Below, in pieces: positions 50,639-62,458 of a stretch of 64,000 nt of DNA. Location: the NCBI RefSeq assembly GCF_006345805.1, contig NC_043005.1, positions 101,122,001-101,186,000 on the forward strand, written 5' to 3'. The notes under the pieces are model-generated. The model was not told the DNA's origin, made no database searches, and saw only the letters and a program-made list of their open reading frames with translations. The translations under genes were made by a program, and so were the position numbers. Source of the DNA: Octopus sinensis. Taxonomy: Eukaryota. Each line of letters opens with the position of its first letter. Position 1 is the stretch's first letter.

Positions 50639-51739
50639 TATATATGTATGTATGTATATAAAGTGATGGTTTGTTGCCAACTTAATGTGGCAGTCTCAGG
50701 AAAGGGAAGACTGCTGCTGCTATTCAGCCCCAAGAAACACCGTTTCTAGTCGGCTGCATGACACAAGTGTTGTGTCCTTAAACTTTCAAACAGGGGAGAT
50801 AAGCACCTCCACCCAACAAAGCCAGCATCCAGAGACTAGTTCTAGGGTTGTTGCTCTTCATCAGTCTGGTGTAGCATGATCTTGCTAGCTAAATTGCTTC
50901 GGCTGGTCCACAGCCATAGTAGAAAACACTTGCCCAAGGTGCAAAGCAGTGGGACTGAAACCGGAACCATGTGGTTGAGAATATATATATATATATAGTA
51001 AATGCAAATATATAATATATCTATAGAAATGAGGGAGTAGGGTGAGGGAAGCAAGATTAACCGATATTCTTAGAATGAACCAGATTTTCTACTATGAACT
51101 TCTAAAAGTATTGTCTCTAATTAGGAGTAAAGATGTCATTGTAATTAAGAATAAGGATACTTCATTATAATTAACCATAATGAGATTCCATTATAATCAG
51201 TGGTAAATTGGTTGTTACCTTGATTTCACTTACTAGTTAACAAAAGTGAATGCAAAATTTGAGTATAATTTGAGGCTTTATTTATATTTTAGGTGATTAG
51301 TACATCTGCTTCATTACTTAATATGGTGATGACAATCATGGAGTTGTTACGGTAGAAAATAGCTACAACACATAGTTGCTTAGCTTGCAAGAAATAGCGA
51401 CTAAATTTCATCTAAATCACATCTTATTGTCTTAAAAAAGAGAAAAGAAGGCTACAATGAATAGTGGAGTCCTTGATGAATATAGTCAGAATGGCAATTA
51501 CCAGAATGCTTTTGATCATGAGTTTGCTCAATCAAAGCTGATCTGGGATTAAGAAACAACAAATGAGAAAGTCTATTGCTGGTCATGCTAGATATAGTAG
51601 CTAAATCTCACAAATCAAATCCTATTGTCCTTAAAGAAAAATGAGGAGGTATATTAAAAATTATATACTTATAGTCATACTTTGTATAACACTTGTATTA
51701 GAATTGCAATGTTGTATGGTCCTCAGACATGGGCTTTAA

Positions 51740-51960
51740 CCCTTTCGTTACTGTATTTATTTTGAGATGCTCTGTGTTTCTTTCAATTACTTTAAATATA
51801 ACAAAGAATTTAGTAAAATAACTTAGTTATCATTCAGCTAGTGTTAGGAGCATAAATTGTGACTAACGTTTGGTGGAAGATTTGAATTCAAAACTTATGA
51901 AAACAAGACATTTGTACAACAGAGCTAGAGGCAGTTTCAGCTGGGTCGGTAACGAAAGGG
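51740..51960 (-). mobile_element. piggyBac-type MITE
   Basis: TTAA on both sides; CCCTTTCGTTAC / GTAACGAAAGGG TIRs. Confidence 0.9.
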
Positions 51961-51964
51961 TTAA

Positions 51965-52820
51965 ATGCAGAGGGCATGAGAAAACTGGAAGAAGATAAAG
52001 TGAGTTTGCTCTGTGGGATTTGCCATGTCAGCATGCATGAGAAACATAGTACAAAGGTGATGAGTGAAAAACTGGGCATAAGGGGTATTGGGTGTTGTGT
52101 GCCAGAAAAAAGACTGTACTGGTATGGATATGTGATGCATATGGATGAGGAGAGCTGCATGAAAAAGAGCCATAAATGTAATGCGGTTGGAAGCATCACC
52201 AAAGTACGGATCTACCAATGATTCTCCTTTACAGCAGCGAGTCATGGCCGATGAGGGTGGAAGATATTAAGTGACTAGAGTCCTTCGATCACCTCTGTCT
52301 ATGCTGCATCCTTCATGGCATCACTTTGTCTCCAGCAATTCGGTGTGACACTAGTGCAGAATCACCTCCCTCCGACAAGTCATCCTAACGAGACATCTGC
52401 ATTGGCTGGGTCATGCCCTCCGTCGTCAACCAGGAGAATTCATCTACGAAACAATTGCCCCAGCTCCCCTTCAGGGATGGTGAAAACGATGTGGTGGACA
52501 ATGAAAAACCTGGCTGATGACAATCAAGGCTGACATGGAACCCAACCTAGGCCCCCATGTCTATGGCGTTCACCACTGGAATAAGGAGTGGTTGGAAATC
52601 ACGCTGTCATTAGCCTCAAATCGCCAGGCCTGGTCAGCATTTGTGAGAGAGGCAGCATTGAGGATGAATGAAGCCAGCTCAACCCACCCCATGTGAATGC
52701 TGACTCAAAAACAACAAGAAGAAGCTGTGAATGAGGAAGAGCCAAGAAGATATGAGATGAAGTGGTGAAAGCTAACCTCTGGATTCTGAGCGCCATGGAA
52801 AAAATGACAACTGATCAGTA
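51965..52820 (+). mobile_element. Nested RTE-like LINE 3' fragments
   Basis: EKLGIRGIGCCVPEKRLYWYGYVMHMDEE, interrupted by a second fragment (LGPHVYGVHHWNKEWL..NRQAWSAFVRE) and resuming at GRAKKI*DEVV. Confidence 0.7.
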
Positions 52821-53036
52821 AACCATTTCAAAGGACTGAGAGCAGTTTTAGAGCATTGTTATATTTCAGAATGATCATTTTTCTATTAGATGGTCATCTT
52901 TCTATAACAAAGACAGAATGGGCTAAATAGAACGGGAAGTGACACATGGGATGGAGAGTCACTGAAGAGGTCACAAGACAAAGAACATAAAACAAGGACA
53001 GTAATATATCTGACGGAAAAAACAAATATATAGTGC

Positions 53037-53217
53037 CTGTGTTTATTTGGCAAAATATAAAAACGACCATCTCGAAATATAATAATATCCGTTTCAAGAC
53101 ACAATTTCACCCAGGAATCTTGCAAAACAAATGCATAAACGTGGCTAAGTTTTGGAGCAATTCCCAATGACTGTTCTGTGCCAGAAGCCACAGAAAGTAT
53201 GAGTGTACAGTGACTTC
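53037..53217 (-). pseudogene. Open pseudo-exon (about 60 codons; donor uncertain)
   Basis: gctag acceptor, GSHCTLILSVASGTEQSLGIAPKLSHVYAFVLQDSWVKLCLETDIIIFRDGRFYILPNKHR; lies within ORF 52886-53245. Confidence 0.55.
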
Positions 53218-54122
53218 CTAGCACCACAATACATATATATAACACTAATAATAGTTGAAAATTAATTTTACTAAAGTATTACCACACTGGAATAAACACT
53301 GCAGATAAATAATACTAAAATCCTGAATTCAAGAAGAAATCTATTCATTTTAAGCTGTTTATTAATCTCCTTAGTCACAAACAAGCTATAATTTTCCTAG
53401 AAAGCAAAAGAGAAAAATTACATTCGAAGAAACACTTAGCAAGGTTTGACTGAAATAATAAAAAAAAATTTCATAAATCTGTTAAAGAGGAACAGCAGAA
53501 CAAGATATGAGAATTGCTTGCTAAAATGTTACAAACAATCAAAGAAAAACAGAAATTTAATATATAACTATTGCGAATAAAACCCTCAAATATATATTCC
53601 TGTAAGGGACACTTTGAATATTTAAAATGTATTTTAATAAATTGAACAGCTTAAAAAATAAAATAATCTCACATTTAATAAAATCTACAATGGTTCTATT
53701 TTCTGTTTATTTTATCTTTTTTTTTTACCTTCATTCCGTTTTAGTAGATTTTTTTTTTTAAACTGAAGATAAAATATGTAACAGAATTTTCATCTAAAGA
53801 AAAATATCCTCCAGGAAATATTTCTTAAAACATCACAGTATTTTGAAAATTTCAAAATGTTAATCTTCAGTATTGTGGTACAGTACAGTCTCCATTTGTA
53901 TGTACAAATAAAAAAAAGCAAATTCATCTTGATTTAAAGATATAATTACATTTATAATTAGACAAATTATCTCAAGTCATTTTAGTACACAAATTCTCAA
54001 ATACAAACTTTAAAATATTAACATCATTGCATCATTACAGCTGTGATATTTATTGTATGTGCCTGTGTCTACACACACACACACAGACACACACACACAC
54101 AGACACACACTCATACATCAAC

Positions 54123-54307
54123 CAATTTCCACATTACAAATGCAATCTATAAGTGGAACGGTAAAACTATGCAAGACAATTTTGCCCTGCATGTAAAACT
54201 GAGGATATTAGGAGATCTAAAGAATTGAATAAGAGACAGCATTTTCGCTGCCACCAGCTGTGAACTGTGTTGCATGGCTAATGTCCGTAGAACTGGACAA
54301 TGCTAGA
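54123..54307 (-). pseudogene. Pseudo-exon (phase 2>1) with 2 stops
   Basis: ttctttaaag acceptor, LALSSSTDISHATQFTAGGSENAVSYSIL*IS*YPQFYMQGKIVLHSFTVPLIDCICNVEI; weak donor GTTGAT; phase matches the 53217 exon. Confidence 0.45.
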
Positions 54308-54361
54308 CTTTAAAGAATACAAACAAGTCTTTGGTGTCTTTTATTGAGTTGTTATTTTTGC

Positions 54362-54665
54362 TCATCATCATCATCATCATTGTTCGACCGTGGTTGAGAC
54401 AATGGAATTTACTATGTTACGCCAGACTTCATGGTCCATCATAGCATTACAGAGGTCCTGTTGCTAGATGCCTGCATCCCTGGAGATTACATCAGGGTGG
54501 GAGAGTGTGTGCTCTCATGGCTGTGTGGTTAAGAAGCTTCATTCCCAATCATGTGGTCTTGGGTTCAGTCCCACTGTATGACACCTTTGGTAAAATATTT
54601 TCATCTACAACCCCAGGCTGACCAAAGCCTTGTGAGTGGGTTTGGTAGATGTAAACTGAAAGAAA
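54362..54665. mobile_element. RTE LINE 3' tail (-) adjoining a family A SINE head (+)
   Basis: Matches 61399-61540 and the family A consensus. Confidence 0.8.
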
Positions 54666-55145
54666 CATGCATACATGTATGTGTGTGTCTTTGTGTTTGT
54701 CCTCTGGTGGAAAATTGGTGAGGACAAAGTATTGGATAGGTCACTTCATGATATTTGTTCTTGTTATTGTTCTCAGAATTCAGGGTTCAAATTCTAATAA
54801 AATCAAACTTTGCCTTTCACCATCAATTATGAAATGTACCAAACTAAGGAGATGCATTTATAGAACTATGAAAATATCAGACCAGACACCTTCCAATATT
54901 TTTTCTTGCTCTTCGTGTTCTGGGCTGAAATCCAACCATGGCTTACCAGCCACCCTCTTTAACACCAGTACCACCACTTGGCACCTTGGGTGCTTTTGGC
55001 AGAGTCCTCTCTGCTACAAGCAATTCAGCTAAGCTCAACATGAAAATACCTTTCTGTCTCCCTTCCAGCTATTTACGAGACTTGTAATAGGTCAAGAGCA
55101 TGCCTCCCCAATACAATAATGAAAAATTAAAATGAAAACAGTCAA

Positions 55146-55510
55146 TACAGTCTATATTTAAGAGATGAGGAATTATTTACAGTATTTACATTTGACGGAT
55201 ATTTGATCTCATCTTGTTTGTTGTTAACACAATGTTTCAGCTGATATACCCTCCAGCCTTCTTTAGGTGTCTTGGGGAAATTTCGAACCTGGGTTCTCAT
55301 TCCTAAGGTATTTTTCGATGTTATTATGATTATTATTATTGTTCAGGTCACTACGCCATATACGCACCACAACGACAACGACAATAATAATAACATTGAA
55401 AAATACCTTAGACACCTGAAGAAGGCCGAAGGGTAGATCAGCTGAAATGTTGTTTTAACAACAAACAAGATGAGATCAAATATCTGTCGAATGTAAATAA
55501 TGCAAATAAA
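55146..55510. mobile_element. Internally deleted copy of the hammerhead-bearing palindromic element
   Basis: Inverted arms match 41960-42128; motif GACAC-CTGAAGA-..-GAAA at 55411-55456 and an inverse copy at 55227-55271. Confidence 0.78.
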
Positions 55511-55686
55511 AAACAGTCAATATACAATACTATGTACCAATGAATCAACCATAAACAGCGGTATATGCATGTATATACTTGTGATTATTAATCCAACAGC
55601 CAACATACAATGCTATACGTCAACCAAGCACTCAGTACACAGCACTATATAATACTATATGCAAACTTAACAGTCAATATATAATG

Positions 55687-55719
<33 letters not shown>

Positions 55720-55724
<5 letters not shown>

Positions 55725-56010
55725 ATCACGTGACTGACCAGGCTATCAGATGTTGCTACACATCGCTGGTCACAATGCACTTCACATTGTTTTAGCCTTC
55801 AAATGACGCCACCCCACTGGCTAAACAAGCAGGCCAACAGAAGAATGCGAGAGAGTAAGTTGCAGCAAAAGAGTACAGCAGGGATCGCTACCAACCCCTA
55901 CCGGAGCCTCATGGAGCTTTTAGGTGTTTTCGCTCAATAAACACTCACAACGCCCTGTCTGGGAATCGAAACTGCGATCCTACGACCACGAGTCTGCTGC
56001 CCTAACCACC
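55720..56010 (-). mobile_element. SINE family D variant
   Basis: Reverse complement GGTTAGGGCAGCAGACTCGTGG..TTTCGATTCCC head. Confidence 0.8.
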
Positions 56011-56035
56011 TGCTGAAGTAGACTAAGGTGTTATA

Positions 56036-56540
56036 ATGAAGGCTGTTGGATGCAGATCAGTGAGCAGGTTCCTATATTTGAAAGTTCGAACACCAAAAGA
56101 GATTTTTGATGAGATAAAACAAGTTTATGGTAATGATGCAGCCTCATACCAGATAGTCCAACGCTGGTGTTGCCAGTTCAAATGTGGTCAGACATTGGTG
56201 GAAACTGCTCCTATTCCTAGATGACCAGATTCCACCATTGATGACGACACCGTTCATAGAGTGGAAGCTGCCATTTTGGAGGATCACTGCATATCTATTC
56301 GGCAACTAGCTCAAGAAGTGAAGGTAAGTGTAGGGTCCAGGGAAAAACTCATTCACGACCATTTGCACATCCAGAAGTTGGATTCCTTAGATGGATTCCT
56401 CAGATGCTCACAGATTTTCAGAAGCAGGAATGAGTCAATTGCTCCCAGGCTCTTTTGGTAATGTACCAAGAAAACGAGGAGGACTTTTTTTGGCAGACTT
56501 ATCACACAGGATGAAACATGGGTTCATCACTACGATCCTG
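56036..56540 (+). mobile_element. Mariner transposase N-terminal half (decayed)
   Basis: TPKEIFDEIKQVYGNDAASYQIVQRWCCQFKCG..ISIRQLAQEVKVSVGS..RWIPQMLT..LITQDETWVHHYDP. Confidence 0.9.
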
Positions 56541-56559
56541 GTGGTTCTGCATGTTGTTC

Positions 56560-57204
56560 TCACCAGTTTAGCATGTTGATCTGACAAGTGTCTTCTACTA
56601 TAAGCCTCATGCCCACCAAAGCCTTGTGAGTGGATTTGGTAGACAGCAACTTAAAGAAGCCTGTCCTCTGTGTGTCTTTATGTCTGCATTTGTTCTGTAC
56701 CCCACTGCACCATTTGACAGCCGGTGTTGGTGTCTTTACATTCCTATAACTTAGCAGTTTGGCAAAAGAGACAGAATACGTCTCAGTCTTCAAACATAAT
56801 AAATTCAGCAAGGTGGTGCCCCAACATGACCATGGCCTAACAACCGAAACAAGTAGAGGTGCTGCTAACTCCGTCATGTACATCACACTGAAACTCTAAG
56901 TATATTACATAGATGCAAGATTTTCAGATACAATTGTAAATATTTTAAAAGATATACTGCCAGTGGCACGTAAAATGCACCATCCGAATGTGGCCGATGC
57001 CAGCCTCTCCTAGCACCTGTGCCATTGGCACGTAAAAAGCACCCACTACACTCACGGAGTGGTTGGTGTTAGGAAGGGCATCCAGCTGTAGAAACACTGC
57101 CAGATCAGACTGGAGTCTGGTGCAGCCTCCTGGCTTCCCAGACCCCGGTCGAACCATCCAGCCCGTGCTAGCACAGAAAACGGACGTTAAACGATGATGA
57201 TGAT
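56560..57204 (+). mobile_element. Diverged family A SINE followed by a family C SINE (56957-57204)
   Basis: Matches to both family consensus sequences. Confidence 0.8.
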
Positions 57205-57825
57205 TTGTGTAACAAGTATTATTGAGAAACCTTTGACAGGAGAATTAGAGAATATTTAATCAAGCTTATATGTTTGCCATCATCACTTAGCATCCGTCTT
57301 CCACACTGTTATGGGCTGGATGGTTTAACAGGATTGGGTGAGTCAGAGGACTGCACTGAGACCTAATGTTTGCTTTGCCATGATGTTCTATGGCTTGATG
57401 CCCTTCCTGATGCCCAAGAAATTCATAGGTTGTACTGATAGCTTTTTTCCATGGCACCAACACCAGTGAGGTCACTGAGTAATTCATGCCTCAGCTGAAC
57501 CAGGTGCAGTATTGGAAGAGGTGTCTTAATGTTGAGAGGTTAAAGTATGATAGAGGACAGAAAGGGGTGCCTTGCTGTGGAGGAGATATATGGCGGCTTC
57601 AGCTGGAGAAAGAGAAAAGATATGGTGTTGATGAAATGTCAGACATACCCTTAAAGTACAAGAAGGTGAATGCAAGAGACAGAGTAGCAACGGAAGATTG
57701 GAAATAGTGGTGGTAGGGGGTAAGTTTCTGAGTGTGCAAAGGAGAGTGATGGATGGTTAAAGATAAGGACAGGGGTGAATGCAGTGAATAGGTGTGTTCT
57801 ATATCTTTCTTGTTTTATTTGATTA

Positions 57826-58108
57826 CTAGCAATATCACCCGGAGTTGCTTGGGTTTGTTTCAACCCTTTAGAATTGAAATTTTTGAAAAGTAAAAATTTT
57901 GCATTATGTAGCTTTTTGATGTAAATAATTTTTGGTCTTAACATGGTCTGATTTGAATTCTATCTCCTACAAAATGAAGAGCAAGCCTTCTTCTATCATA
58001 CTTTCAATTGTGGTCAACTTGTGCCGCAGGGTCTCGGAGGATATAGTGTTAGTTGAAGGCTACCAAACCTACCACACACAGACAACTACAGCTTTATATA
58101 TGTAGAGA
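57826..58108 (-). mobile_element. Non-autonomous Helitron, internally deleted
   Basis: Same TC..hairpin..CTAG termini; body matches 60795-61176. Confidence 0.75.
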
Positions 58109-58549
58109 TTAGTTTTGAAATGTGCTTGATTGGTTTGAGTGTCTAGAAACCCCAATGCAAGCTGAGGCTCCCTAGTGATTGATTAAACTGACTGACTTAA
58201 AAGATATAGTTATGCTTACAATTTTGCTTTAGATAATTGACAGACAAATCCTACTGAATCACTGATAAGTCTGAAATTAATAGTAATTGTCAAATTAGTA
58301 AAAAAAAACAAAAAGTCCTACACAATGCATGGGTAAGGTTAAGTACAAATCCATCTTCTCAATTAAAAATGATTGATAGCTATTTAATCAACTGCTTCAC
58401 TTAAATATCTGCTACAAATCCAGTATCTGCTGCAGAAGTGAAATATTTTAATTCTTTAATTACTTTTAATGCTTAAGTAGATAGTCCCTAACAATATAGT
58501 TCTACCCCCCAATACTTTTACAGTACAGTAATATGGTTAATGTGCATAC

Positions 58550-58670
58550 CCTCCATGTTTCTGTTGTACTTTAGAAAATCGCCTGTTATTTTCCATTTCC
58601 CATCCATGAAGATGTTATCTTTGCTAATTAACCAATGATGATAATTTATTAACATCATCTCAGTATCTGT
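58550..58670 (-). pseudogene. Open 121-nt candidate exon (phase 0>1)
   Basis: TDTEMMLINYHHWLISKDNIFMDGKWKITGDFLKYNRNME, donor GTATGC; acceptor poor. Confidence 0.45.
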
Positions 58671-59025
58671 CTGGCTCAGATAACTTTTTTTTTATTATTA
58701 TAATAATAAGCAAATCATTAAGAACATCAATATGCAAGTTAATTTAAGAATGGCCAGCAATAATTTCTGTTCCATAAAGTATCAAATAACTTTGATATTC
58801 AGATAAACTTCAGATACAAACATCTTTTTTTTTTTTTTTAATCAATTTAAATACAAAGTAAAAGAAACATTTCACTACAAGTCATGATAAAGTTCATATG
58901 TAATTTTAAGATCTTAATAACTGCTTGTTTTATGACAAAACAATACAACAATAAACTGGATTTATTCTACTTGTTTCCTATCCTTTGTAATCTGAAGCCG
59001 TTCCACTGTATTATTTATTACTTAC

Positions 59026-59168
59026 AATAAAATCTTCATAAAGAACACCAGACATTCAACTGGTAAAACCAAAAATAGTATATTAAAGCCATGATAGATA
59101 GTGTATGAAGACTGTTTGAGTTGGAGGCATTGTATCCTATGCAAAGGACTTTTATTGCCAGTCCTTAT
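59026..59168 (-). pseudogene. 143-nt candidate exon with strong splice sites
   Basis: cttttatag acceptor and GTAAGT donor. One frame is fully open (IRTGNKSPLHRIQC..); the phase-compatible frame (DKDWQ*KSFA*DTMPPTQTVFIHYLSWL*) has 4 stops. Confidence 0.5.
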
Positions 59169-59398
59169 CTATAAAAGCATGAATTGTTGCTTACATCAGT
59201 CTCATAGTTTATGGCTTGCCCCGAGTAAGTCTCAAACAATTAATGAAAGTCTATATTGAAGTAGGAATCAGGGAAAATCTCTTTCTGTTTTGGTGGAAGG
59301 CTTTTTACAAATATTGGTTATATGGAAATAGATTTCAACAAGCAGAGAGAAACATAATGCATTATTTGCATGGAAGATATAAGAGATGTGTGAGAGGA

Positions 59399-59629
59399 AG
59401 GCGGCGAGCTGGCAGAAATGTTAGCATGCCGGTCGAAATGCTTAGCCGTATTTCATCTGCTGCTATGTTCTGAGTTCAAATTCCACCGAGGTCGACTTTG
59501 CCTTTCATCCTTTCGCGGTCGATAAATTAAGTACCAGTTATACACTGGGGTTGATGTAATTGACTTAATCTGTTTGTCTGTCCTTGTTTATCCTCTCTGT
59601 GTTTAGCCCCTTGTGGGTAATAAAGAAAC
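59399..59629 (+). mobile_element. SINE family B with 21-bp TSD
   Basis: AGATATAAGAGATGTGTGAGA at 59375-59395 and 59630-59650. Confidence 0.92.
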
Positions 59630-59946
59630 AGATATAAGAGATGTGTGAGATGTGAAAGCCGTAGTTATTGAGTATAGTTCATTGATAAAAAGATAAACCT
59701 GCACCAAGAACTAAACAAAATTTCAAGAACAAAAACAATCGCTATAACTGCTCTATTCCATAACTATTTTTGTATTTAGTTATTTCTTCATGATTAGATT
59801 ACAAAATCTAAAGAACTTGGCATTTAAAAAAATTTTTTTCAGTTCTTGTAACATCCTATGTTTTTTCTTTCCATCAGTTTTATGATTTTGCAAAGTTAGA
59901 TGGTTGGGTATTTTTCCTAACGTTCAACCAACTAATTGATTATTAC

Positions 59947-60215
59947 CTATATTAAAGTTAACGTAACTGAAGCAAGGGGTGTAATGCAGCTTTATTAAGG
60001 GTTCAGTGCAACATCTGTGATGGGCTTTGATCTAATATGGTTCAGAATAATAGATCAAAACAATGTCATTTCAAGGGAAGAATTCACTCGCCAGAAATAC
60101 TTGTGAATTTCTTTCGGATATTCAGGGGAAAGGTCAGTTAAGGTTGGTTAGAGTAACAGAGATGAAAGGTAGATATTTGGAAGTTTATAGCCGAATTTTC
60201 ATGCAAGAGTTGCAA
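59947..60215 (-). pseudogene. Candidate pseudo-exon
   Basis: Long pyrimidine tract ending ataag, ATLA*KFGYKLPNIYLSSLLL*PTLTDLSPEYPKEIHKYFWRVNSSLEMTLF.., donor ag|GTAATA. Confidence 0.45.
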
Positions 60216-60794
60216 CTTATTTTGAAAATGGAAAAATACAAGAAGAAAATAAATATTAAAATAGTCTGATGTCAACAGAATGAAATCAAGCTTATGATGT
60301 TGTATAACAACTTATTGTTTTATGGAGGAAAGAAATAACAGTTATATAAATAGATATTGATTTTGTGTTTATAATGTTAAAGTTGTTCATAAAGTCACAA
60401 ATCACTACATTATTTATATTCACCTAAGTTTGTTGTTAATTTATAGCTTATTATAACAGAGTGGCCAGCCTACCGACTGCATTGAGAGTAAGTTCTAACC
60501 TACCTTACTATTGTATTCTACCCTTAATCAATGAATCTAAAAATAGAAACTGCTCTTATCTAACACAGTTGAATGGTAAGTATTAAAAATGATATTAAAA
60601 ATAACATACACAGCTCGTCAGAGGAACAAATTGATGGTTTCATTTTCAAATCAATGTCTTCTAAAGCAGCAGTCCCAAACCATTTTTGTATCATGGAACC
60701 ATTTCATGCAAGGCAATTCTTACATGGACTGCAGGATAATGTGCATAACAAAACACAATAAAGTGCATAATATATAATTTAGTTATTACATATA

Positions 60795-61176
60795 CTAGCA
60801 GTATCGCCCGGCGTTTCTTGGGTTTGTTTTGACCCTTTAGAATTGGAATTTTTGAAAAGTAAAATGTGTGCATTATGTAGCTTGTTATTCTCTTTAAGTG
60901 AACATTTTTCTGGTTGAAATACACCAAAAAGTGGCGACACAGCAGTGAAAAAGTCGTAAAAAATAGGGATTTTCATAGAAAAAAAGCACCTTTTTGATGT
61001 AAATAATTTTTGGTGTTAACATGGTCCGATTTTAATTTTTTCTTCTACGGAAGGAAGAGCAGGCCTTCTTCTATCATACTCTTAATTTTGGTCAACTTGT
61101 CTCGGAGGAGATAGTGTTAGTTGAAGGCTACCAAACCTGCCATACACAGACAACTTCAGCTTTATATAGAGAGAGA
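60795..61176 (-). mobile_element. Non-autonomous Helitron
   Basis: A|TC start, hairpin CCCAAGAAACGCCGGG, CTAG|T end. Confidence 0.78.
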
Positions 61177-61398
61177 TAATACAAATATATATTTACAATT
61201 ACATAGAAAATTATGCACTTTACTTCTACTATTGTTATATTATATTCTGTGCTGTTCAGTACAAATGATTCATGGCCTGATACTGATGTGCTGCCCAGTG
61301 GTTCAGGACCCCTGTTCTAACGTATGCCAGCTAGATAAAACCCATTTCTTTCCCACTAAAGGCTTTGTACTCTACACAGCAAGTTGAGGACATACTCA

Positions 61399-61860
61399 CC
61401 ATCATCATCATTGTTCGACCGTGGTCAAGAAAATGGAATTTACTATGTTACGTCAGACCTCACAGTCTATCATAGTATTACGGAGGTCCTGTTGCTGGAT
61501 GTCTGTATCCCTGGAGATTACATCAGGGTAGGAGAGTGTGCACCCTCTGGTATCATGAGCAGATGGCTTCCAGAGGAGAAGAGTAGAAATTACCTCGTTT
61601 TCAGCTCTACAACAATGTCCAGCAAACTGGACTCTTCTACCTTTCACAAGAGGTGACACAGGTGGTAGTTTCCCATATATTTGTACTTTGGTTGGATGAT
61701 GCTTCCACAAGAGATTTTGAGCTCTCATAAGGAGGCGAGTGTAGGTTCCATCTAACCACCTCTCAAGCTTCTTTGATAACATCCAGGTTTCTGAGCCATG
61801 TAGTAGAATTGGTTCGATTGTGGCTTTGAAGATTTTAAGTTTGAAATCTCTACTTTGATG
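61399..61860 (-). mobile_element. 5'-truncated RTE-clade LINE
   Basis: LKIFKATIEPILLHGSETW..LDGTYTRLL..RRVQFAGHCCR; (GAT)n tail. Confidence 0.88.
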
Positions 61861-62458
61861 ACCAGATCTGTTCCTATTATTTGAACTGGTATCAATTTTT
61901 CTAGATATTGAACACAACATTTAAATGTTCAGTCTCATAGTCATTGTATTCTTTGTAAAATATATTGCCATAACAGCATATAGAGATCCTCTACCCGGGC
62001 ACTCTGTCTTCTAGAAATAACAATCAGATCTCCCTCAAATTACACAAATCATCTTGAACATCAAAGGACACTTTTGATTATTGTTGTGAATGGTCTGAAG
62101 AAACAGTACATGATGGTCAGGGATAGAATGCTTTTGTCAACAGATTCAGCTCACTCAGGGTTCCACTGACAATAAATAATGACCACATCGTATGTGTGTG
62201 TGTGTGTGTGTGTGTGTGCATGTGTGCACATGTATATGTGTGCATGCATGTGTGTGTGTATGCATGTATGTATATATATATATGCATACATATGTATATA
62301 TAAATACATCTGCATGCATGTGTGTATATATGTATGTATATATATATAACATATATATTTACAATACTCTACCTACTCAAAAAAAAAAATAAATGAATAA
62401 ATAAAGAAGAGGATAAAGATAGAAGACAAAAGAAAATGCAAAAGTTTTAAATATTTAC

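Noticed and set aside
60063-60269. Plus-strand 68-aa ORF
   Set aside because: Probably the antisense shadow of the minus-strand pseudo-exon; no supporting plus-strand gene structure.
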